Virus record (IMG/VR): IMGVR_UViG_3300008111_001458
DNA: 32,028 nucleotides
Source: a virus
Taxonomy: Duplodnaviria; Heunggongvirae; Uroviricota; Caudoviricetes
Direction: 5' to 3' (one strand)
Shown here: positions 25,274-32,028 of the stretch, piece by piece
Layout of the letters: each line of letters opens with the position of its first letter
Numbering within the stretch: position 1 is the first letter of the stretch
Program-made: the position numbers and the translations under genes
The notes under the pieces: generated by a model
What the model was told of the DNA's origin: nothing
Databases searched by the model: none
What the model saw: the letters and a program-made list of their open reading frames with translations, nothing else

Positions 25274-26227
25274 ATGAAAACACTTGATATTTTTACTAGG
25301 CCGTCTGTAAAAAAACTAAACGAAAGCTTTGAAAAAACTTACGGCAAAAAGCTCAATCTTGAAACTTTTACATTGCCGCAGTTAGAGGACGCTAGAAACA
25401 GATTAAGAACAAAAGTTCATCAAATGCGCAATGACAGCACATTTAATGAAACTGTTGAAAACGAAGATCACCAAAAAACACAGTGGATGCTTGATATCAT
25501 TAATCAAGAAATTGCTGAAAGATTAGAAGAAGTAGTTGAAGAAGATCAAGATCTAGCATCTATGTTTCAAGGTATCGAGACTGAAACAGCAGAAGTTGAA
25601 TTAAATGATTACGAAACAGATGAAGTCACAGAAATAAGCGGAAGCGATGATGACGAGTCATTTGGTATATACGACGGCTACGATTTTAGCCAACAGGAAC
25701 AATTTGGAGAAAGTATGAACACTCAAGTAAATGAAAACGAACTAAACAAAGCTTCTGCTGTAGTTTCAGCCAAAGGTATGGTTGACAAGGTTAGCAGATG
25801 GATTGAAGAATTAGCAGGTATTGAAAACGACACATTATTATCTTTAGGTGATAGTATTCGTGACGAAATGGGACAAGAACAAGCCAAGGCATTTTTAAGC
25901 TCAGTTGCTCCTGCAATTCAATCTGCATTAGATACACTAAAGCAGGCTAGAGAAACAATGAGTACTGGTGTAAGAACCTTAACAGGTGAAGTACAGCCGG
26001 CAGAAATGCTAGGCGGTGGTGAAGCTGAAAATGAAGCTCCTCCAGGATTTGAAGAGCCGGGTGTAGAACCAGCTGATCCTGACGCTATGAACTCTGATGA
26101 ATTAGAAGCACCAGAAGATGATTTTGCCGCAGCAGAACCAGCAGCAGGTGGTGCAGAAACCGCAGGACGTGAACAGCGCGAAAGTATTAACTTTCAAAGT
26201 CGTCTATTAAAAGCATTGGCAGGCTAG
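25274..26227 (+). CDS. acidic helical late protein, scaffold/prohead-core-like
   Basis: TAAATA at 25244; very Glu/Asp-rich; several (L/V)xE sites; scaffold role inferred. Confidence 0.5.
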   Translation: MKTLDIFTRPSVKKLNESFEKTYGKKLNLETFTLPQLEDARNRLRTKVHQMRNDSTFNETVENEDHQKTQWMLDIINQEIAERLEEVVEEDQDLASMFQGIETETAEVELNDYETDEVTEISGSDDDESFGIYDGYDFSQQEQFGESMNTQVNENELNKASAVVSAKGMVDKVSRWIEELAGIENDTLLSLGDSIRDEMGQEQAKAFLSSVAPAIQSALDTLKQARETMSTGVRTLTGEVQPAEMLGGGEAENEAPPGFEEPGVEPADPDAMNSDELEAPEDDFAAAEPAAGGAETAGREQRESINFQSRLLKALAG

Positions 26228-26228
26228 C

Positions 26229-26699
26229 ATGAGCTCTTCACAAATTTTAAGGTCATACCTTGATATTTTAAATGAAAGAGGCGGAAGGGGTGGCGCAGCC
26301 TCTAGACCGGCCGCGGCAAAACCTGCTATGCAACAACAGCCAGCTCAAACTGCTCAGCCTGCTATGCAACAACAGCCAGCTGTACCTAAACCTGGTCAAC
26401 CTGCTAATTTACAACAGACATCAAAGATACAACAAAAAACAAAAGTAGGATTACAAACTGTTGGAAAATCACTTACAGGAAAAAATCCTACCGGAGTAGG
26501 TCAAGCGGTTCAGGGTTTTAACAAAATTTCACAAGGATCAGCTGTGACTGGTACTCAGTCTACTGCCTTAGAACCTTTTATCGAACCTTTACAAATGATT
26601 TTAGCTAATCCGCAACTGAAACAAAGATTTTTAGCATTGGTTGCACAGGCAAAACAGGCTACTGCTAAGATTGATCCAACAGCAATACAACAACAATAA
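26229..26699 (+). CDS. Gln/Pro/Ala-rich late protein
   Basis: ILNE-R motif; duplicated PAMQQQPA. Confidence 0.6.
   Translation: MSSSQILRSYLDILNERGGRGGAASRPAAAKPAMQQQPAQTAQPAMQQQPAVPKPGQPANLQQTSKIQQKTKVGLQTVGKSLTGKNPTGVGQAVQGFNKISQGSAVTGTQSTALEPFIEPLQMILANPQLKQRFLALVAQAKQATAKIDPTAIQQQ
26322..26381 (+). repeat. 24-bp direct repeat (period 36) in CDS
   Basis: CCTGCTATGCAACAACAGCCAGCT at 26322 and 26358. Confidence 0.9.
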
Positions 26700-26715
26700 C
26701 AGATTTCAATAAATT

Positions 26716-27105
26716 ATGAGATTAAAAGATTTAAAAGAGCACGATGAACAACTAGACGAAATACTGCCAGCGATTGGTGCTATTGCTGGCGGTGCTGCTC
26801 GAGTAGCTGGTGGTGCAATGAGTCGAGGACTTACAAAAGCAGGCGGCGCATTGGCTAGGGGAGTTAGTTCAGCGGGCGGTGCATTGGTTAGGGGAGTTAA
26901 ATCAGCAGCCACCACTGTTGGACAAAAAGTAGCAGGTGCTGCCGGTCAAGCTGCATCTGGACTAGTAGGTGGCGGGATGGACCCTGCCCAAGCCGCCGCA
27001 GAAAAAAAACAGCATGATGACGATAAAAGGTCCATTCAGGCAGCTATTAAAGAAAAACAAGCTGAAATAGCAGAACTACAAAAACAACTGGCAAGCATAG
27101 GATGA
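26716..27105 (+). CDS. Gly/Ala-rich late protein with 11-residue repeats and C-terminal coiled coil
   Basis: LDE-ILPAIGAIAGG, then AGGAMSRGLTK/AGGALARGVSS/AGGALVRGVKS. Confidence 0.65.
   Translation: MRLKDLKEHDEQLDEILPAIGAIAGGAARVAGGAMSRGLTKAGGALARGVSSAGGALVRGVKSAATTVGQKVAGAAGQAASGLVGGGMDPAQAAAEKKQHDDDKRSIQAAIKEKQAEIAELQKQLASIG
26839..26904 (+). repeat. imperfect 33-bp tandem repeat
   Basis: GCAGGCGGCGCATTGGCTAGGGGAGTTAGTTCA followed by GCGGGCGGTGCATTGGTTAGGGGAGTTAAATCA. Confidence 0.85.
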
Positions 27106-27509
27106 GATTCTACGAATTTGTTTTACCTTTAGATGAAATTGAAACAGAGCCAATTGATAAATTCATTTTAGCTCTTAAGAATTATATTGGCACCGCAGCT
27201 ATTAAAAAACAACCAGCCGAATTCAATTGGAATGGGTTTGCTAAGATGATGCGTAGTCAAGGATTCGAGATGGCTGCAGACTATGAAGTTTTTAAATCAA
27301 TTTATGATCAGCTTCCTCCAGATATGCAAAACTTAGTTTTAGATTTTAATGATAAAACTGTTCAACTTAACGTTCCCGGAATTAAGAACGACAATCCAGA
27401 TCTTGAACCAGAACAAGATAGTCAAAATGCTGTAAATCAAATGGCTCAAGGATTGGCACCTCAGCAGTTAGCTAAACAATCACAAACTCCACAAGTAACA
27501 CAAGCTTGA
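27102..27509 (+). CDS. hypothetical late protein (135 aa)
   Basis: ATGA coupling; MRFYEFVLPLDE start; Gln-rich tail. Confidence 0.65.
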   Translation: MRFYEFVLPLDEIETEPIDKFILALKNYIGTAAIKKQPAEFNWNGFAKMMRSQGFEMAADYEVFKSIYDQLPPDMQNLVLDFNDKTVQLNVPGIKNDNPDLEPEQDSQNAVNQMAQGLAPQQLAKQSQTPQVTQA

Positions 27510-27534
27510 CATACATAAAGTAATAAATTAAAAT
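27506..27534 (+). promoter_or_regulatory. sigma70-type promoter of exonuclease
   Basis: TTGACA, 17 nt, TAAAAT; ATG follows after 5 nt. Confidence 0.8.
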
Positions 27535-27539
27535 ACTTT

Positions 27540-28214
27540 ATGACTTTACTAATCGAAAAATTTCAATACCCCACCACCACAAGAACTACTATAAACGGTA
27601 AAAGACATTACGATGCCGGAGACGGCATTCCTGTTCCTAGTGTTACGACTATTCTTGATGCAACAAAAGATAAAACTTTTTTACATGAGTGGCGTAAACG
27701 TGTAGGCGAACAAGCAGCTCAACAGATTACTACAGAGGCTGCAGGGGTTGGGACCTCAATGCACAAGTATCTTGAAGATTATGTCAAAGGAGAACCGCTG
27801 ACTCCTAAGAGCAATATGGTGCATCAACAAGGTTTTAAGATGGCGCATGTCATTATTGAAAAGGGCATGAGCAATGTCAGCGAAATGTGGGGCTCGGAAG
27901 TTAACTTATGTTATCCTGGGCTGTATGCTGGTACCACTGACGGCGTAGGAGTGTTTAACGGCAACCCTGCAATCATTGACTTTAAACAGACCAATAAACC
28001 CAAGAAAGAAGAGTGGGTAGAAGACTACTATCTACAACTAGTGGCCTACGCAATGGCTCACAACGAGATGCACGGAACAGACATAAAGTACGCACATATC
28101 TTGATGTGCAGCAGAGAGCTTCAATATCAACAGTTTGATATTACTCCTGACACATTTAACAAGTGGTCTGACAAGTGGTTAGAGCGGGTTCAGCAATACT
28201 ATGACTCTAGATAA
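27540..28214 (+). CDS. PD-(D/E)xK exonuclease (MGME1/Cas4/RecB-like)
   Basis: PSVTTIL, GTSMH, SEV, YAGTTD, IIDFK (D-x-K) and QL.AY motifs. Confidence 0.88.
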   Translation: MTLLIEKFQYPTTTRTTINGKRHYDAGDGIPVPSVTTILDATKDKTFLHEWRKRVGEQAAQQITTEAAGVGTSMHKYLEDYVKGEPLTPKSNMVHQQGFKMAHVIIEKGMSNVSEMWGSEVNLCYPGLYAGTTDGVGVFNGNPAIIDFKQTNKPKKEEWVEDYYLQLVAYAMAHNEMHGTDIKYAHILMCSRELQYQQFDITPDTFNKWSDKWLERVQQYYDSR

Positions 28215-28238
28215 ATACCCTAACAAGGGTATATTTCT

Positions 28239-29774
28239 ATGGCCGTAGTCCAAATAAGCAAAATACAAATCCGTAAAGGAAAAAAGTTACAAACTGGGAT
28301 TCCTCAGTTAAGTGGCGGTGAGTTCGCCTGGGCAGTTGATACACAAGAACTATACATAGGTAATGGTTCCGTGTTCGAAGGAGCTCCTTTAGTTGGTAAT
28401 ACTAAAATTTTAACAGAATACGATAATATTTTAGATCTTGCTAGAGGTTATAAATTTGCTTCCGGAAATCCTAGTATAACTAGAAGTGTATCTCGTTCAA
28501 TACAATCAAAATTAGATGAATATGTAAGTGTGTTTGATTATGGTGCCAAGGGTGATGGCACTACAAATGATACTGTTGCATTTCAAAGAGCATTAGATGA
28601 TCTTTTTTTAAATGCAAATACAAATTTTAAAAAAGCATTATTCATTCCGTCTGGAAATTATCTAATTTCTTCAGAATTACGTATTCCTAGTAGTGCAGTT
28701 ATTATTGGAGACGGCCAGAATAATACAACTCTTCTCATGAATGCTAGTACTGTAACTTTTAAAACTTCTAGTAATTCAACTTTAGGAAATTTCACAGGGT
28801 CTAATAGGCCAGAAAATATTTCTTTATCAAATTTTAAATTTTATTTTACAAGTGGATCTTTAAATTTAACAGGCGTAAAAAATGCAAAGTTTGATAATAT
28901 AATTTTTGAATCAACATATTCATTAGGCAACAGTACTGAAACTTCAATGGTTAACTGGTCTAATGACATTGACAGCACTAAAGTTACTGATATTTTCTTT
29001 TCTAATTGTAAATTTACCAAAGGATATATTGCAGTATCTGCAATATTTTCATCGGTACTAACTACCAGTGTAAATTTTAATAATTGTAATTTTTATATAT
29101 GTGGTAAAGGAATTTATTTACAAGGGCAAGCCAATCAAAGCAATCAGTGGTCAATTCAAAATTCTCAGTTTGAATTAATCTTCAATCAAGCCATACATGT
29201 AACCAACGGTTACAATATGTCTGTGCAAAATAGTAAATTTTTAATTTGTGCAAATGGATTGAATGATGCAGCTACTCCAACTTTACCTGTTATATCATTT
29301 TCTCAAACAAAAAATAACACAGTCATTGATTGTTATTTTGATAGAACACAAGAAGCCGGAGTATCAAATACATCATCTAAACCGGGATGGCCAGAAGTTC
29401 AGAATAGTTCAAAAACTACAATTATTAATAATGTTGTTACTGACATTGCACTGTCTGATGGTCAAAGAACTTTAGCAGTATTTTCTGCGTTTAATAAATT
29501 TATAAAAATTGATTATGTATTAACTTTAGGAACAAGTATTAGAAAAGGTATATTAACTCTAATAGTTGATGGACTCAGTCCTAGTACTATATCGTTAACT
29601 GACGAATTTAATTTTACATCGGGGGTAACAGTCATGACAGGATTTGAATTTGGAACAAACGTATTTGATAATAATTTAGATTCTGGGATTGATACTATTC
29701 AGTTATGGTATAGAAATCCAATTGCCAATCAATCCACTGGCACTATTTCTTATTTCATAACATACGGTGTTTAA
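28239..29774 (+). CDS. virion protein with pectate-lyase-like parallel beta-helix (tailspike/baseplate-type)
   Basis: N-terminal QIRKG...PQLSGGEFAWAVDTQELYIGNG; VSVFDYGAKGDGTTNDTVAFQRA motif; Asn/Ser-rich beta-helix repeats; TAAATA at 28212. Confidence 0.75.
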   Translation: MAVVQISKIQIRKGKKLQTGIPQLSGGEFAWAVDTQELYIGNGSVFEGAPLVGNTKILTEYDNILDLARGYKFASGNPSITRSVSRSIQSKLDEYVSVFDYGAKGDGTTNDTVAFQRALDDLFLNANTNFKKALFIPSGNYLISSELRIPSSAVIIGDGQNNTTLLMNASTVTFKTSSNSTLGNFTGSNRPENISLSNFKFYFTSGSLNLTGVKNAKFDNIIFESTYSLGNSTETSMVNWSNDIDSTKVTDIFFSNCKFTKGYIAVSAIFSSVLTTSVNFNNCNFYICGKGIYLQGQANQSNQWSIQNSQFELIFNQAIHVTNGYNMSVQNSKFLICANGLNDAATPTLPVISFSQTKNNTVIDCYFDRTQEAGVSNTSSKPGWPEVQNSSKTTIINNVVTDIALSDGQRTLAVFSAFNKFIKIDYVLTLGTSIRKGILTLIVDGLSPSTISLTDEFNFTSGVTVMTGFEFGTNVFDNNLDSGIDTIQLWYRNPIANQSTGTISYFITYGV

Positions 29775-30192
29775 CCTCTATCGCGACGATAGAATTAAAA
29801 TTTGGAGAGAATTTAGAGATGTGTTAGAAACAAGCAATAATCCGCTACAGGATATTGCTGAATTTTGGTCTTTAGCTCCATTTGTTAATCCTTATCTAAA
29901 TCCACAAAAACCTTCTGAATGGCCAGATCCTTGGCGTTTAATTCTCGAAGGCAAATACGATGATCTTGCAATTTCATTAGGAATGCTGTATACTCTGAAA
30001 TTAACACAGCGGTTTATGAATGCCTATTGCGAGATACATACGTCTATGCTCCTCAATGAAAAACATCCTAAATTTTTCGTAGTTGTAGAGCGGTCTGATG
30101 TTTTAAATTTTGAATATAAAAGAAGTTTAAAGATACATGAAGTTTCCCAAATAGATTCACAGATAATATGGCAAGGTAGCACTCTGCCATAA
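29767..30192 (+). CDS. hypothetical protein (141 aa)
   Basis: Overlaps the preceding gene; WPDPW..I motif. Confidence 0.6.
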   Translation: MFNLYRDDRIKIWREFRDVLETSNNPLQDIAEFWSLAPFVNPYLNPQKPSEWPDPWRLILEGKYDDLAISLGMLYTLKLTQRFMNAYCEIHTSMLLNEKHPKFFVVVERSDVLNFEYKRSLKIHEVSQIDSQIIWQGSTLP

Positions 30193-30235
30193 ATATCTGC
30201 TCATCATAAAAAATAATATTGAGGCATAAAGAAAG

Positions 30236-32028
30236 ATGAACATTACAGTTATTAAAAGAAACGGGGAGAGAGAGCCACTAATGATTGAAAAGTGGCAGGC
30301 ACAGGTGGCAAAGGTATGTAAGAGCATTGCTGATGTTAGCCAATCAATGATAGAAATCAAAGCGCAGTTACACTTTTATGATGGTATTACAACTGAAGAG
30401 ATTGATAATATTACTCTTAGAGCGATTGTAGATTTAATCGACGTAGAACATAATCCTGATGTAGGACATACCAATTATCAGTATGTTGCCGGAAAACAAA
30501 GATTATCAATGCTTCGTAAAGACGTATATGGATCTTATGAGGTTCCCCATCTTTATGAAATCGTAAAGAAAAATATTAAAGTTGGTCTTTATACTTCGGA
30601 ACTTCTTGAATGGTATTCAGAAGATGATTGGAATAAGATGAATGATATGTTAGATCATTCTAAAGATGAAGAATATTCCTATGCTGCTATTGAACAACTA
30701 ATTGAAAAATATCTAGTGCGTAATCGTGCTACAAAAGAAATATACGAAACTCCTCAAGTTCGTTATATGATTGCAGCAGCTACAGTATTTCATAAGGAAG
30801 AACCAAATGCTGCCAGAATGCGTTACATAAAGGAATATTATAATGCTGCTAGTGATGGTCTTTTTACTCTTGCTACTCCTGTCCTTGCTGGGCTTGGCAC
30901 TCCGACGAAACAATTTTCTTCTTGCGTTCTCATTAGGTCTGATGATGACCTGGATAGTATATTCGCTAGTGGCGAGATGATGGCCAAGTATGCCAGCAAA
31001 CGTGCTGGCATTGGCTTAGAGATTGGACGTTTGCGTCCTTTGGGTAGTCCAATTCGCGGTGGCGAGATCATGCACACTGGCATGATCCCTTTCCTTAAGA
31101 AGTGGTTTGGTGACCTACGCAGTTGCAGTCAAGGAGGTATTCGTAATGCTAGTGCTACAGTTTTTTATCCTATTTGGCATCATCAGTTTGATGATCTTAT
31201 CGTCCTTAAGAACAACCAAGGCACAGACGAAACCAGAGTCCGTCATATGGATTATGGGGTTGTGCTTAGTGCTTTCTTCTGGAGAAGATTTAAAAACAGA
31301 GAAAACATAACCTTCTTTGATCCTAATGAAGTACCGGATTTATATGAAGCTTTCTACAGCAATACAGAACGCTTTGAAGAATTATATGTTAAATATGAAA
31401 AGCAAAAAAGTCTCCGTAAAAAAGTAATGAGTGCTGAAGAGGTATTCAAAGGAGGCATTTTAAAAGAGCGCACAGACACAGGACGTATCTATCTTGTATT
31501 CATTGACAATGTAATGAATCAAGGTCCGTTTGATACAGAGTATCATACCATTTATCAGAGTAACCTTTGCTGTGAGATCCTATTACCTACGAAACCATTT
31601 AAGAGACTCGACGATCCGGAGGGCAGAATTGCTCTTTGCACCCTTGGGTCCATTAACTGGGGTGCCTTCCGCAATCCTGAAGACATGCGTCGTGCTTGCC
31701 GTATATTGCAGCGTAGTCTTTGCAATATATTGGATTATCAAGATTTTCTAAGTATACAATCTGAGTTAAGCAATCAAGAAATACAACCGTTGGGTATTGG
31801 TGTTACTAATCTAGCCTACTGGCATGCTAAACGTAGTTTGAAATACGGTGAGAAGGATGCACTACAAGAAGTTAAGTCGTGGATGGAACACCAAGCGTTC
31901 TATCTTACAGAAGCAACAGTGGATCTTGCTAAGGAAAGAGGCAAATGTTTAGACAGTAACAAAACTTGGTATGGTAAGGGTGTGTTTCCTTGGGAGCGCA
32001 GAGCTCATGGTGCAAACGAGCTAGCAGA
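30236..32028 (+). CDS. nrdA: ribonucleoside-diphosphate reductase class Ia alpha subunit with ATP cone (partial, runs off window)
   Basis: Manual translation MNITVIKRNGEREPL (ATP cone), ATPVLAGLGT..QFSSCVLI, IYQSNLCCEILLP (Asn/Cys/Glu active site), CTLGSINW, LGIGV. Confidence 0.96.
   Translation, partial: MNITVIKRNGEREPLMIEKWQAQVAKVCKSIADVSQSMIEIKAQLHFYDGITTEEIDNITLRAIVDLIDVEHNPDVGHTNYQYVAGKQRLSMLRKDVYGSYEVPHLYEIVKKNIKVGLYTSELLEWYSEDDWNKMNDMLDHSKDEEYSYAAIEQLIEKYLVRNRATKEIYETPQVRYMIAAATVFHKEEPNAARMRYIKEYYNAASDGLFTLATPVLAGLGTPTKQFSSCVLIRSDDDLDSIFASGEMMAKYASKRAGIGLEIGRLRPLGSPIRGGEIMHTGMIPFLKKWFGDLRSCSQGGIRNASATVFYPIWHHQFDDLIVLKNNQGTDETRVRHMDYGVVLSAFFWRRFKNRENITFFDPNEVPDLYEAFYSNTERFEELYVKYEKQKSLRKKVMSAEEVFKGGILKERTDTGRIYLVFIDNVMNQGPFDTEYHTIYQSNLCCEILLPTKPFKRLDDPEGRIALCTLGSINWGAFRNPEDMRRACRILQRSLCNILDYQDFLSIQSELSNQEIQPLGIGVTNLAYWHAKRSLKYGEKDALQEVKSWMEHQAFYLTEATVDLAKERGKCLDSNKTWYGKGVFPWERRAHGANELA

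Noticed and set aside
6503-31751. Numerous short antisense or alternate-frame ORFs in the track (e.g. 6503, 7617, 8845, 9744, 13582, 17628, 30713, 31107, 31530)
   Set aside because: Fully nested in confidently assigned genes, with no expression signals or motifs.
30236-32028. Intron or intein in nrdA
   Set aside because: Frame reads continuously through the FSSC and SNLCCE motifs with ordinary spacing in the visible part.
1-32028. Stop-codon reassignment as in some large phages
   Set aside because: Conserved enzymes are full length in code 11, and TAA, TGA and TAG all end genes at coupled junctions.

Overview
Segment of a large T4-like (Caudoviricetes) dsDNA bacteriophage genome in standard genetic code, with dense coding and no tRNA, rRNA gene or CRISPR array. 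Basis: TATAAATA/TAAATA late-promoter motifs before most + strand virion-type genes, near-consensus sigma70 promoters before DNA-metabolism genes, an ATP-dependent DNA ligase, a partial class Ia NrdA, HNH and PD-(D/E)xK nucleases, and tail-fibre/beta-helix proteins. It carries host-type auxiliary genes: clpP, hemA (5-aminolevulinate synthase), a fatty acid desaturase, YqgE/AlgH, an NDP-sugar epimerase, an FkbM methyltransferase and a GT-A glycosyltransferase. Most notable: (1) a ~100-nt structured intergenic RNA (19817-19915) whose loops are antisense to 23S rRNA helix 69-70 and the 16S 530 loop; (2) a protein with a eukaryote-type ubiquitin domain in a late operon; (3) sigma70 promoters embedded in long hairpins that would hide the RBS only in read-through transcripts; (4) about a dozen proteins with N-terminal (L/I/V)-x-E propeptide-like motifs, two on cofactor/metal-type folds; (5) an unannotated 44-aa metallothionein-like ORF. 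All family calls are from manual motif recognition; no searches were run.
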